Notes under the pieces: generated by a model
The model's input: the letters and a program-made list of their open reading frames with translations, nothing else
What the model was told of the DNA's origin: nothing
Databases searched by the model: none
Made by a program: the position numbers and the translations under genes
DNA from: Chiloscyllium plagiosum
Lineage: Eukaryota
Length of the DNA: 64,000 nt
Assembly: GCF_004010195.1 (NCBI RefSeq)
Contig: NC_057751.1
Location: forward strand, 17,131,090-17,195,089
Direction: 5' to 3'
Part shown: piece after piece, positions 49,585 through 62,856 of the stretch
Layout: every line of letters starts with the position of its first letter
Numbering within the stretch: the first letter of the stretch is position 1

Positions 49585-51020
49585 GACTCACCATCTCTCT
49601 CCCATCTCGGCCAGTGTCCATCCAGGCCCATTGTGTAGTCTCCATTTCCATCATCATTCTGTCCCACCAGGGCATTCAACCAATTGGTAGCATCCATATG
49701 ATTGATGACACTGTCCCACTGCACAAATATGTCAACGCATTTGTCAGTCTCCATGTCAATCATCACTCCGTCTTACTTCCACACCATTACTCGCATCTGA
49801 TTGACCAGTCTTTCTTCCCACCATTGTACTGCCTTGGAAGAAGCTCCCCCTCCCATCAATCCTTCCACTCCATTGGATTGTTACTCGAATCACTTACTGG
49901 CCATCTCATTGTCCTTTAAATCGCACTCCCACCGTTATAAATGCTCTCATACTGCTGGTCAGTACCGTAGTCAACCAAAAATGTGACCTCGCACACCGCG
50001 ATCGCTTCCAGTCTGATGACCATATCTATCAGCACACTTGCTCATAGCCCACATGAGTGCTTTCCAACAGATGAGTGTTCACATGCACCATTGGGAGAAA
50101 GTGAGGTCTGCAGACGCTGGAGATCAGAGTTCAGAGTGTGTTGCTGGAAAAGCGCAGCAGGTTAGGCAGCATCCGAGGAGCAAGAGAATCGACATTTTGG
50201 GCCATAGCCCTTCATCAGGAACGAAACATAGATTCTCCTGCTCCTCGGATGCTGCCTGACCTGCTGTGCTTTTCCAGCAACACCCTCTCGACTCCACATC
50301 CACCTTTATCACATCCACATTCTAAAACACATATATTCCCCATCAAGTGGACAGTCACCATTGTCATAATCACGTCAACACCCCACTCAAATCCCCACTG
50401 GTTTGTATTTGCAACCATCATCACTCTGTCAAATAATCTGGCCACCAAACCAATCGTATTTAGCAGTCACTATTTCCACCGTCACTGTTCAACCACAACA
50501 ATCCATTGGCCGCTCCCACTTCTTTGGACAGTCTCAATAGTTACAATGACGCTCTGTCAGACGCCATCATGAGCCCAATACAATTAGCCCATCACCATGA
50601 CCACTACCAGTCTCTTTGCCAACACCCCCGTGATTCCCATCCGGTTGTTCAGTTCCCATGATCAACTTCATTCGCTATATCGGCAGTCTCAATATTCACC
50701 ACCAACCTCCAATCCATCACACAATTATTCACATCACATCAGTCAAACACGAACATCTCTCACCCCGTCCTAAACATGCAGCATTTGCATTCACATTTTT
50801 TGACTTCCAGGTCTAACATCACTCTTACCACACCCAGCCACCTATGCAGTCCCGCCAAACGGCCTGCGTCCACCTCCGTCATAATTTTGTGTCCCCCCAC
50901 GACAATACAATCAATCAATTGGCCATTCCCCACAACGAAAATAACTCGGTCTAACATTCTGTACGTGTCAATGAGGTTCCACTTTACACCTTCAAACTCG
51001 GTTGAATTCTGGTCCAACCT
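49585..51020. repeat. Diverged paralogue of 5285-6460
   Basis: Shared blocks such as CCTTGGAAGAAG, GTCCTTTAAATCGCAC and CTCTTACCACACCCAGCCAC occur in the same order. Confidence 0.8.
50093..50294 (-). mobile_element. Palindromic family A element with imperfect TSD
   Basis: CACATGCACCATT at 50080-50092 versus CACATCCACCTTT at 50295-50307. The element is absent from the paralogous site near 5755. Confidence 0.8.
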
Positions 51021-51825
51021 CCTCAACCACTCCTCATGTTTCAAGCCGGAAAAATTCTTCTCAAACATTCCATACCCTTTCCAGACCAACAATTCCCTCC
51101 TTCGATTCGAGGTGCAACTCTGATCAAAAACGTACAGAATGCAGTCTGTCCAGATCCTTATGAAAAGGAGGGACTGCAGGAAACGTGGTAACCAGGCATA
51201 GATATTCAGGACGGGAAAAAAATTCTGGCTGTGACAGCTGCTCATTTTTTTGTGGTAGTCTAGGTGTTGGAGGTAATTTCCTTGAAGATCAGGAGCAGCA
51301 ATCACTGTTTTACATGCTGTTGCATTGTTTTGGAACTTTGGAGAGAAAATAAAGTCAAAACAACAGCACTTTTAAAAGGAAGTGGAACAGACAAAAGAAG
51401 CACATGGTGAGGTCAGTGCAGGAGAGAGAGAGAGGGAGAGACAGAAAGAAAGAAACCCACATTGCTAACTGACAGAGCAGTGAACCTGCACCATTACTGC
51501 CTTTGCTGTTCGAATTCATGTATTGCTGGACATCAGAGTGCATCCAGGATAATTAACAAACAGTAAAATTCACAATTGGTCTTGTAGGCATCTGTTTGGG
51601 AGAATTCACAGCACAGAAAGAGCTAAGTGGGTATTTTAAGCATGGCCTTACAGTAAGTCTGCAGTAGTGAGTAGAATGGGTGCTTTCTTGATTATATGTT
51701 TTATCGAGATATGGCTTTTGATTAAACTTAAACTATAAGACATAAGTGTTAATTTAACCTGGAGCAGTGTTTTGCAGAGGAATAAGGCAGATGTATTTTC
51801 TGGGCCTGTAGATTGAAAGAAGCAA

Positions 51826-52723
51826 ACTGGCCTTTAGTAGAGTGATATGCTCTTCTTGTCGGATTTGGGAGTTTAGTAAGAGTTTATGGGTTACTGAGGA
51901 TTATATCTGCAATAAATGCCGATGGTTGCAAATCCGATCAGATCGAATGGATCGTTTGGATAAACAATTAGAAGCTATGAGGAATTTACAAGAGCAAGGG
52001 GATATGATGGATGGCAGTTATGTGAAGGGGGAGAAATTGCAGATGCAGTAACATAGATGAATTAACTCCAGGAAAGGTAAGACAGGTAAACAGTTCGTGC
52101 AGCAGTCTTCTGTGGCTATCCCTCTTTTCAACAAGTATGCAAGGGAACGTAGCACGAACAGCCAAGTTTCTGATATTGAGAATGGCCCTAATGCAGTGTG
52201 GGGAACGTCGGGTTCCAAGAGATCGATTGTGTTTGGGAACTCTCTAGTCCGAGGGTGCACACAGACGTTTCTGTAGCCAGAAATAAGAATGCTGTGTTGT
52301 TTCCCTGGTGCCAGGATCAAGGATGTCTCAGAGAGTGTGCACAATGTTCTCAAAGGGAAGAGGGACCAGCAGGAGGTCATTGTACACATTGGAACCAATG
52401 ACATAGGAAGGGAAAAGATTGAGATTCTGAAGAGAGATTACAGAGAGTTAGGCATGAATTTGAAAGGGAGGTCCTCGGGAACAGTAATATCGAGATTACT
52501 CCCGGTGCTACGAACATGTGAGGGCAGGAATAGGATGATAGAACAGATGAGTGCATGGCTAAGGAGCTGGTGTATAGGAGAAGGGTTCACATTTTTGCAT
52601 CATTGGAAGCTCTTTGGGGGTAAAACTGACTTGTGCAAGAAGGACGGATTGCAGCTGAATTGGAAGGGGACTAATATACTAATAGGGAGATTTGCTGGAG
52701 CTGCTCGGGAGGATTTAAACTAG
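51826..52723 (+). mobile_element. CR1 ORF1 pseudo-ORF (zinc finger/coiled coil and SGNH esterase)
   Basis: Reads CSSC..YICNKC..LDKQLEAMRNL, VFGNSLVRG, CCFPGARIKDV, VHIGTNDIG and DGLQLN, broken by stops and frameshifts. Confidence 0.85.
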
Positions 52724-52919
52724 TAAGGTCGGGGGGAGGTGGGACCCAGTGAGATAGTGAGAAATGAGATCAATCTGATATGGAGTCAATTCATCTATGT
52801 GAATGTATCTGCGACTTCTCCCCCTTCCCATAACTGCCATCCGTCACAATCTGAGAACAAAAGGGAGTCAGACAGTCAGGGCAGACAGGGAAAAAAACAG
52901 AAAACCAGGGAGGACTGTC

Positions 52920-53690
52920 AAATTAAGTTGTATTTATTTCAATGCAAGGGGCCTAACAAAGAAGGCAGATGAACTCAGGGCAAGGTTACGAGCAAAGGAC
53001 TGGCATATCATAGCAATTACAGAAAAATGGCTCCACGGTGGGCATAACTGGCAGCTTAATGCTCCAGGATACAAATGCTACAGGAAGGACAGAAAGCGAG
53101 GCAAGAGAGGAGGGAGAGTGGCGTTTTTTTGATAAGGGATAGCATTACAGCTGTGCTGAGGGAGGATATTCACGGGAATACATCCAGGGAAGTTATATGG
53201 GTGGAACTGAGAAATAAGAAAGGGATGATCACCTTATTGGGATCGTATTATAGAATACCTAATACTCAGAGGGAAATTGAGAAAGAAATGTGTTAGGAGA
53301 TCTCTGTACGAATAATAGAGTGGTTATGGTAGGGGATTTTAACTTTCCTAACATAGATTGGGATTGCCATCGTGTTCAGGGTTTAGGTGAAAAGGAATTA
53401 GTTAAGTGTGTACAAGAAATGTTTCTGATTCAGCATGTTGATGTACCTACAAGAGAAGGTTCAAAACTTAACCTACTCTTTGGTAATAAGGCAGGGCAGA
53501 TTACTGAGGTGTCAGTGGGGGAGCCCTTTGGGGCCAGCGACCATAGTTCTATTAGTTTTAAAATCGTGATTAAAAATGATCGACCAGATCTGAAAGTTGA
53601 AGTTCTAAATTGAAGAACGACAAATCTTGATGGTGCTGGCAAGAACTTTCAAAAACTAGACGGCTAGAAAATGGGAAGCCTTCAGAAATA
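52920..53690 (+). mobile_element. CR1 ORF2 APE endonuclease (disrupted, truncated)
   Basis: Reads CIYFNARGL, IIAITEKWL, VMVGDFNFPNIDW and ASDHS. Confidence 0.88.
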
Positions 53691-54419
53691 AGGGGTCTGC
53701 TCTCGGGTTCAGCCCGAATTGATACAACACTTCCACATGTGGGCAGCATTGAACGCTACCTTAAAAAGAGGAACAACACACATCAGGAATACGTCGTAGA
53801 GAGAGATAAGCTAATAAAGAAGAGAAGGCACCTTTGAGCAATTAAGTTTCACACACCAGCAATACACACAGTGAAAAAAGCAGCTAACAGGCAGTTTGAG
53901 ACGCCTTTGAATAGATAAATGACATATAAGCATCATATCATTGTGAGAGAGGAACTAAGCGATGTGCGGGAAGCTGTGAGATGGCCTTTCACTGCTAACA
54001 TGCCAAACATTAATGCTCAACTGGGTGAGGTGCAGTTCAGCAAAATTGTTCCTCATCAAGAGGAAAGACATGACCAAAAAATGGCTTCCACATTTGGTAA
54101 TCATCATTGCCGCATTCCTGCCAGAACTGCTCTGGACCTTCATTTCGTCAGCCCGGAAGGGACTGACTAACTCAACGTTGATGACCTCTGTGGTAAATCA
54201 AAATGACAGATTCTGTTATATCTCAGAAAAAAATCCTCCTCATTCTACAAAGCGTGACTCCTTTTTCAACAATTATGCGTCTGCATCTGGACTTTCCCAC
54301 AAAGTGAAACGTCTTCCCATCTGATCACTGCACAGCATTCAGCATCGTTTGAGACTCATCGGATACTGAGACAGTCCATGTTCAAAGGCAGCAGACCTGC
54401 ATATTGCCAAGCCTCCAGC

Positions 54420-55480
54420 TGAACAGTGGCCATTAACATTTGTGCCACGCAATTGCTACACAATGGCCACCTTCAACAAGGTGCGGTCGCGGCATCGTTT
54501 CTTAAAACTTAGTGGCGTCACCATCATTGAATCCCCATTATCAATATTCTGGGGGTTACTATTGTCCAGAAACTGAACTCGACAAACCATATCAGATTAG
54601 ATTCCCTAGTGCAGAAACAGGCCATTCAACCCAACAAATCCACACCGACCCTCCGAAGAGTAACCCACCCAAACCCATTTAACTCTTACTAATGCACCTA
54701 ACACTATGGGTAATTTAGTATGGCAATTCACCCTAACCTGCACATCTTTGGACTCTGGGAGGAAATTGGAGCACCCGGAGGAAACCCATGTAGACAGGGG
54801 GAGAATGTGCAAACTCCACACGGACAGTCGCCCGAAGTTGGGTCCCTGGTGCTGTGAGGAGGCAGTGCTTACCATTGAGCCACCGTGCTGCCCCAATATC
54901 AATTGTATGGATACGATGACCAGAAACAACGAGTCAGAGGATTGGAGCACTGCACGGAGTAACTCATGTCCTATATTCCGGAGACCTGTCCACACTCTAT
55001 GAGGTGCAAGTCAGGAATGTGATGGCTTACCTTTCATGTGTCTGGTTGCACACAGCTACAACAACATTCAAGAAGCTCGACACCTTCAAGTACCAAGCAA
55101 CTGATGGATTGGCATCAAATCCATAAACATTCTCTCCTGCCACCACTAAAACTGAATAGCTACAAATCGATCTTCCCTACCTTGCAATGCCTTCGCTGAT
55201 AGCATTTTCCAAACTTGGGATCACTATCATTCCAACGGACAAGGGAATCAGATACATTGGAATCCCGTTTTCTGCACGTTCCCATTAATAATAGGCAATA
55301 CCTATTCCCAATCCTATCCCCTTGGCTTCATTAACGTGGCCAAACCCTTCAAATAACAGCCATGTGCATGTCTCCTCACACTGAAGGATTTCAGTCGTTC
55401 GAGAATGCAACGTCCCAGCTTTCCCGAATGAAATGAAGGATTGTAACGAGGCATTCGTTTAACAAGCCACCTCCTCTGAT
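54420..55480 (+). mobile_element. L2/CR1-clade LINE 3' remnant
   Basis: Similar to 37840-38600 (GGGGTTACTATTG..AAGCTCGACACC). Confidence 0.55.
54593..54893 (-). mobile_element. HE1-type V-SINE
   Basis: Minus-strand head, core and tail. Confidence 0.88.
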
Positions 55481-56295
55481 CGATTCAAAGTATATTCAGT
55501 TCTGCTACGTCAAAGATGTATTGAAGGGAAATATTTGTTAACCTGTAAAAAGATACTTTTAGTGCTACCGATTCCAAGTCTTTCGAGATCATCTGAAAAA
55601 CCCATTCCTAATGCAAAAGTCGAGTGTTCACTGATCCAAGAATAGGAATTCGTAGAAGTACGTCAGTACCTTCAATGTAACGTGAGACTATCAGTTTCGT
55701 TTCAGTTGCATTCAGTGTATATGCACCTGAAAGTTACCAGAGTGGATCTTGTGGCATCTGCTCTTCATCAATACATCTCAAGGCTTCAGAAATGCATTGT
55801 TCATATGTAAGGTAAGCACAATGTGTTTACACCAGTCCATCTTTACCATTGGTATGGAGCACATTAACATTTGAACCTATGAGCAAGCAGGCCACTCGAC
55901 CCCTGTAGCCTGTACAGTCATTCAGGAAGATCTGGTCCGATCCGAATTTCACATCAAGTCGCCACATCCGCAAAACCTCCCTGATAGCCTTTCAACCTCT
56001 TGGCAATCAAAAATCTATTTGCCTCTGCCTTAACAAAAAAGTGTCTGCACTCACTGCCTTTTCAGAAAGACGATCCAGAAGCGTCTTAGTAAAAGAATAA
56101 ACATTATTTATTTACTTCTGCAATAGATACCATGCTACCGTTAAAATCAAGTTCCTAGCTCTCGATTTTCTAACAATAGGACACAGCTTTTCCACATCCA
56201 TTTGGTCAGGTTCCCTCAGGATCATTTTTTTTACTTCAGTCAACCCTGACACTCTGAAAGTCCAATGAATTCATGCCTAGCCTGTCTAGCCTTTT

Positions 56296-56668
56296 CTTAT
56301 ATGAGGTGTAAAAAATAATGAAAGGAATAGATAGAGTCAATAGCCAGAGACTTTTCCCCAGGGCAGGATTGACTGGTACGAGAAGACATAATTTGAAGAT
56401 GTTAGGAGGAAGGTATAAAGGAGACATCAAAGATAGTTTCTTTACGCAAAGGGTTGTGAATGCATGGAATGCATTGCCAACTGAGGTGGTGGAAGCGAAG
56501 TCATTGGGGACATTTAAACGACTGCTGGACATGCACATGGATAACAGTGAGCTGAGGGATGCGTAGGTTAAGTTGCTATATTTTATATTAGGATTAAGTC
56601 TCGGCACAACATTGTGGGCTTAAGGGCCTGTTCTGTGCTGTACTTTTCTATGTTCTCTGTATTCTATG
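56296..56668 (+). mobile_element. CR1 LINE 3' end
   Basis: Reads MKGIDRVNSQRLFPR..FFTQRVVNAWNALP..FKRLLDMHMD, with a TTCTATG tail. Confidence 0.9.
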
Positions 56669-59257
56669 ATTGTCATGACTGCACCGACGTCAGCTAGGTG
56701 GACCTCGTTGAATCTGATTGGGGCTGTTAATCCAATAGAGTCAAGGAGCCGTGACTGACAGATGTAAACAGGAATATTAAAGGTTTGGTTCACTCTGAGA
56801 GCTGATTGTGAGGAAGCCAGACTGGTGTGAAGTACTATGATCGCGTGAATAAATGGTGCCGTGATGACGGGATATTGGATCTGCTGGCGTGACGTCAGTG
56901 GGATTAATGGAATCCCACAATAAAACATGCACATACTAGCTGAAGTCCTTCTGAACCTGAAACCGGCAATACAGCGAGCTTTGACATCACAGACTGCGAT
57001 AAGTCGAGAACATAAGCTATAGAATATGCCGATGGAAGTTGGTACTCTCTCCAGGTCAACTGAGTTTTGGATACAACGCTTGAGTGAATGCAATTGCACA
57101 CACTTACTCATGATTTCTCATAAACAGATCGGCTCGAGGTCAGCCCTCAGCAAACTCCACCTCCCCCCAATAAAAAGAATCCATGGCACGGGCAAATGCT
57201 CAACAGTGTCTTCAGCATGTGTGCTGAAGTTGCTGGCATGCATACTCAAGAAGACAAAAGAGTCTGACTAGCCCAGAATTAAATTAGATAAGATTGCTAG
57301 GACTGTGCACACATAGAAGGTGCACCTATATTTGGATGGAAACAGTTTAAATGCTCCACAACATCCAAATCTGTACCTATCAAAGTAAACGTCTAGTTAA
57401 ACGGTCAACCAGTTCTATAGGAGGTTGATCCGGGCATGGCTGTATCAGTGATTGCAGAACTAGTTTTTTAAAAAAATGCTACGGTCTGTGACTCTTCAGA
57501 TTCCACGCAACCTCTGTTAGACAGATAACTTACACTTGGGAAGCTTTGGCAGAATAAAGGTACCATTTTAGTTCCAGAGTGGTATGGAAAGCACCTGGGT
57601 CAGTGAACGCCAATTGTCAGAAAAAGGCCTTTTACAAGCCCTATGGGGCAAAACTAGTTCAGAAAGACTCAACTTGAATTCTCAACATTTTTCAGTTAGA
57701 AAATGGTTGCCTGACTGACGGCAGAATTAATTACCTAAACCATTTTTTTTAGGAAGGTTCAGGGACTGTCAAAGGACACGACAACCATCTTGCACTTGAA
57801 CCAGGATACAAGTCTGCAGGCCCGTCCAGCGCCATTAAATGTAAAAGTACAGGCATGGGTCAGAAAGCTGGAAAGTCACGGAATCAGGAAAACAGTATAG
57901 TTTGCAGAATGGGCAGCACTGGTTACAATAATTGTGAAGACCAATGGATCGGTTTCAATTTGTGGGGACTTTATAAAAGCGGTAAACCACTTCTCCCGGT
58001 GGATAAATGCTAAATCACTTGCACAGAGGACTTGCATGGAAAAGTGGCAGGTTGGGGCGGGTTGGGGGGAAGGGATTCATGAAGCTGCAAATGAGCCATG
58101 TATACCTACAATTAAACTTTTCTGAGAATTCTCACAAACTTGCTTCATTTAATGCCATGGGTTTGTAACACTGGACAAAACAGCCATTTGGGGTTTCAAC
58201 AGTCCGTGCCATTATTCAGTGGACGATGCAAAACGTTTGTCAGCTCTCATATCGGGTACCATTTGTCTCGATGAAGTTGTAACAACAGGAAAGACCAATA
58301 AAAGAAAAAATCACTTACACACCGTGGAATTCATTCTTAGATCTTCATCCACATGCAGGTCGAGGCCGTATAAGACAAACATGTATATTCCAGGTACCTC
58401 AAGTGCCCTATTTGGGTTACAGATTCGATACTGAAGGACTACAGCTGGTGGAGGATAAAGTGAAGATGATAAAAAGTGTACCAGCTCCCATGTCCTGACT
58501 GGAGCTGAGGTCTTTCCATGGATTGGTGAATTATGAGGGAAAATTCACACGTAACCTGACCTCCATATTGGGACCATTCAATCTGCTGCTGCAAATTGGA
58601 ACTTAATCAAGATATACCCTTTGTGGAAGTAAAGAAGAAGCTGTCATCTCAGGTGTTTGTACACTATGATATCCAGTGAGATTTGGTGCTGACATATGAT
58701 GGATTCCCATATGGTATTGGGGTAATGTTGGCTCACAGATGGCCCAATGGAACGCTAAGTATTTCATGCCTCCCTGCTCTTGGCTGATGCTGAAAACTAA
58801 CATGCCCAGGTAGACACTGAAGCTTTGGTGGCCAGCTTTGTTGTAAGTTCTAACAAAGCCTTTTTGCGTGTAAGTTTGTAATAATAACAGAGCACAAACT
58901 CCTGCCAGCGCTTCTCAAAGAAGACAAGAACGTACCACCCATAGCTTCAGGTCGAATTCAGAAATTGCGTATCATTCTAATCGTGTACAATTACAAATTG
59001 GAACGCCAATCAGGAGGCCAAGTAGCAAATGTGGATTGCGTGAGCCACCGTCTCATGGCAGATACACCATAGTTCGTGCTGCCACTGAAAGTCTTCATAC
59101 TTGTTTTAAACTTGCTGGACACCCTTCCTGTCACCGTTGACAATTTTTGACTGTAGATGCCAAAAGATCAGTTCTTGGCCGATCAAAAGCAATTGAAATG
59201 ATTGAGTGTGTGTGTATGTGTGTGTGTGTGGGGGGGGGGGGGGTGGTGTGGGCGGCT

Positions 59258-59351
59258 NNNNNNNNNNNNNNNNNNNNNNNNNNNNNNNNNNNNNNNNNNN
59301 NNNNNNNNNNNNNNNNNNNNNNNNNNNNNNNNNNNNNNNNNNNNNNNNNNN
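59258..59351. other. Assembly gap (N) flanked by (TG)n/G-run and (CT)n microsatellites
   Basis: Run of N. Confidence 1.
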
Positions 59352-59354
59352 TCA

Positions 59355-59391
<37 letters not shown>

Positions 59392-59656
59392 ATTCTATCT
59401 CTCTCTCTCTCCGTTTCTCTATCCCCCTCTTTTCCTGGTATATCACTATCCATTATTTCCCTTTCATTCTCTCCCTCTCTCTGTCTGACTCCGTCCCAAA
59501 TGCAGAAGGAGTTCTGTGGCTGGGGGGGGGGGGGGGGGGGGGGGGGTGTGGGCGGCGGGGGGACAAAAGTGGTCATCACAAACTGACCCGAAGCCTTCTT
59601 TACTCAGGGGAAACAACATATGTCCAAAATGCAGATGTTGGCGAGAATTTATGTCT

Positions 59657-60023
59657 GATCGCCAGGAATGCACAAAGGACGAAGGTTATGTGTGGAGTCA
59701 GAGAAAATGGACGGGATTCTTATTGCGCACTTTACATCAGTATTCACTGAGGAGAGGGGACATGACGGACGTTGGGTTTAGCGTTAGATGTTTGATTACT
59801 CTGCATGGAGTCGGCATAAGGAGGGAGGAAGTGTTGGCTAGATCGCCAGGAATGCACAAAGGACGAAGGTTATGTGTGGAGTCAGAGAAAATGGACGGGA
59901 TTCTTATTGCGCACTTTACATCAGTATTCACTGAGGAGAGGGACATGACGGACGTTGGGTTTAGCGTTAGATGTTTGATTACTCTGCATGGAGTCGTCAT
60001 AAGGAGGGAGGAAGTGTTGGCTA
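59657..60023. repeat. About 184-bp near-identical tandem duplication
   Basis: 59657-59840 and 59841-60023. Confidence 0.92.
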
Positions 60024-61066
60024 TTCTAAAAGTCATTCAGTTGGACAAGTCCCCAGATCTGCATGGCATCTATCGGAGGTTACCGATGGATGTGGGACAC
60101 AAAATAGCCGGTACTCTAATAGATATCTTTGCAGCATCATTGAACACGTGAGAGTCCCGGAGGACTGGAGAATTGCTAATGTTGTCCCCTTGTTTACAAA
60201 GGATTGTCCATGTAATTAGAGACTGGTGAGCCTGACGTCAGTGTCAAAGAAGCTTTTGGAACAAAACCTGAGGGATAAGATCTCGTCATACATACAAGAA
60301 AATGAGCTTTTCAGAGGCAGACGACATGGTTTTGTGCATGGCAGATCATGTTTTACCAACTTAATAGAATTCTTTGAGGAATTGACAATGCTGATTGATA
60401 AGGAAAGAGTTGCATATGTCATATACATGAACGTTGGTAAGGTGTTAGAAAAGGTTCTCAATGATAGGCTGATGGAGAAAGTGAAGTCACGGTGGTGCAG
60501 TGTGTACTAGCATGATAGATAGAGAACTGGCTGAGCAACAGGGAACAGAGTGTTGTAATGGGAGCGAGTTTTTCTGAATAGAGAATTGTGACCAGTGGTG
60601 GTCTACAGGGATCCGTGCTGGGAGTACTGCTGATTGTTATACATATAATTCATCTGGAGGAAGATACAGGTGGTGTGATTAGCAAATGTGCAGATAACAC
60701 TAAGATTGGTGGAAGAGCAGATAGTGAAGGGGAATGTCAGGAAATGCGTCAGAAAAATAGATAGATTGGCGAGGTGGGCGAAGAAATGGCAGATCGATAT
60801 CAATGCGAGGTGATGCATTTAGGAAGATCCAATTTAATACAGAACTATACGATAAACGGAGAAGCCCTGTGGACAATTGATGTGTGGAGAAATCTGAGTG
60901 TTCAGGTTCATTGTAGCCTGCAGCTTGCAATTCACGTCGATAGAGTGGGCATGAAGGCATATGACATACTTTCTTACATTGAACGGGGTGTTGGGTAAAA
61001 TAGTTGGCATGCCATATTCCAGTTTTTCTTTGGCCACATTTGGAATATTGCAAAACGTTCCGGTCA

Positions 61067-61274
61067 GAGCTGAAAATGTGTTGCTGGAAAAGTGCCGCAG
61101 GTCAGGCAGCATCCAAGGAGCAGGAGAATCAACGTTTCGGGCATGAGCCTGAAGAAGGGCTCATGCCGGAAACGTCGATACTCCTGCTCCTTGGATGCTG
61201 CCTGTCCTGCGGCGCTTTTCCAGCAACACATTTTCAGCTCTGATCTCCAGCATCTGCAGTCCTCACTTTCTCCT
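61067..61274 (+). mobile_element. Palindromic family A element with TSD inside CR1
   Basis: AAACGTTC(C/T)GGTCA at 61053-61066 and 61275-61288. Confidence 0.88.
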
Positions 61275-61688
61275 AAACGTTCTGGTCACCTCATTACCAA
61301 AAGGGGTGGATGCTTTGGAGAAGGTGCAAACGAGGTTAACCAGACGTTGAGTAGATTAGGACTATTTTCATTAGAAAGAGGAAGTTTCAGGGTAGACCTG
61401 ACTTGAGGTCTGCAAAATCATGAGTGTAATATGATGGATTGCACAAACAGCTTTTTCGCAGAGTGGGTGAATAAATTGCTGGGTGTCACGAGTTCACGTT
61501 CAGAGAGGAAAGGTTTAAGACAATAATGCGTGGGATTTTTTTTTTACACAAAGGATGGGTGCCTGGAATGCATGGCCAGCGGAGGTGGTAGAGGCATACA
61601 TGATAGCATCATTTACGATGTAGCTACACACATACATCAATGGGCAGGGAGCAGAGAGATGCAGATCCTTAGAAAACAGGCGACAGGT

Positions 61689-62004
61689 TTAGATTAGATT
61701 ACTTACAGTGTGGAAACAGGCCCTTCGGCCTAACAAGTTCACACTGACCCGCCGAAGCGCAACCCACCCAGACCCATTCCCCTACATTTACCCCTTCACC
61801 TAATACTACGGGCAATTTAGCCTGGCCAATTCACCCTAACCTGCACATTTTTGGATTGTGGGAGGAAACCGGAGCACTTGGAGGAAACCCACGCAGACAC
61901 AGGGAGAATGTGCAAACTCCACACAGACAGTCGCCTGAGGTGGGAATTGAACCTGGGTTTCTGGCACTGTGAGGCAGCAGTGCTACCACTGTACCACCGT
62001 GCTG
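61689..62004 (-). mobile_element. HE1-type V-SINE inside the CR1 3' UTR
   Basis: Full head, core and tail. Confidence 0.9.
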
Positions 62005-62164
62005 CTCAATGATTTAGTTTAGTTAGAGGATATGGCGTGGCACAGGCTTGCAGGGATTAGGCGCCTATTCCGGTGCTGTAACTTTCTTTGCTCTTTGTTC
62101 AATAAGCTCCTCACCTTCATGGAATGGACAGGTAAACCCTAGTCTCAGTAATGTGTCGAATATG

Positions 62165-62324
62165 TAAGACGAGGACTGCAGATGCTGGAAGCCGCAGTCT
62201 GGATTAGCGTTGTGTTGGAAAAGCCCAGCAGGTCAAGCGGCATCCAAGGAGCAGGAAAATCGACATTTCGGGCAAAAACCCTTGATCAGGAATCAGGCTG
62301 GCTTTTCCAGCAACACTCTAATCC
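62165..62324 (-). mobile_element. Family A variant element with TSD inside the Gypsy integrase
   Basis: AA(T/C)GTGTCGAATATG at 62150-62164 and 62325-62339. Minus stem II is GGGT-TTTT-GCCC-GAAA. Confidence 0.8.
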
Positions 62325-62856
62325 AACGTGTCGAATATGGCTGCCTGTGGATGGGATAAACGTTCTTAGGTATTGTGCATGACGACTCAGAGTGGTTAAA
62401 TGTGCGTGGATTTCATTCCTCAAACACGCAGACAGTGATAGAAGAGTTGGTAGCATCTTTTGCCATATGCTGACGCCCAAAAATGTTGGTCACAGACAAT
62501 GGGCCATCTTTAACTAGCACGGATATTCAATATTTACTAAAGTCCGAATGTTTTTTGCCAAATAGGAGCTGCTACGCAACACTGATATTCCAGTGGGCTG
62601 GTGGAAACAGCAATACAAACTTTGGAGCTCGGCTTTAAAAAAAAAAGCCTGCAGCTTCACTCATCACCAAATTTGTCCATTTCCTATTTGAGAACCAGAC
62701 CAGTCTGCATGCATATACAGGCATAGCTCTCACAGAATTGCTACTGGGGAGAAGATTCCGCAGCAGTTCAAATCTGATCATCCCAGACCTGGGACAGCTG
62801 GTACCATAAATCACAGGTGTCGCCCTGGATGGGTAAGCTGCATGGTCCACATGATG

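Larger units (their letters stand above)
59620..62100 (+). mobile_element. CR1 LINE (RT to 3' end) inserted in the Gypsy pol
   Basis: Reads VPEDWRIANVVPLFTK, RHGFVHGRSCFTNLIEFFEE and ADNTKIG, with a 3' UTR ending near 62100. Confidence 0.88.

Noticed and set aside
52289..52723. Host SGNH esterase/lipase gene
   Set aside because: It sits between a zinc-finger segment and an APE endonuclease, so it is a disrupted CR1 ORF1.
59522..59560. G-run as a functional G-quadruplex
   Set aside because: A homopolymer near a gap that echoes 59231-59256, so it is probably unreliable sequence.
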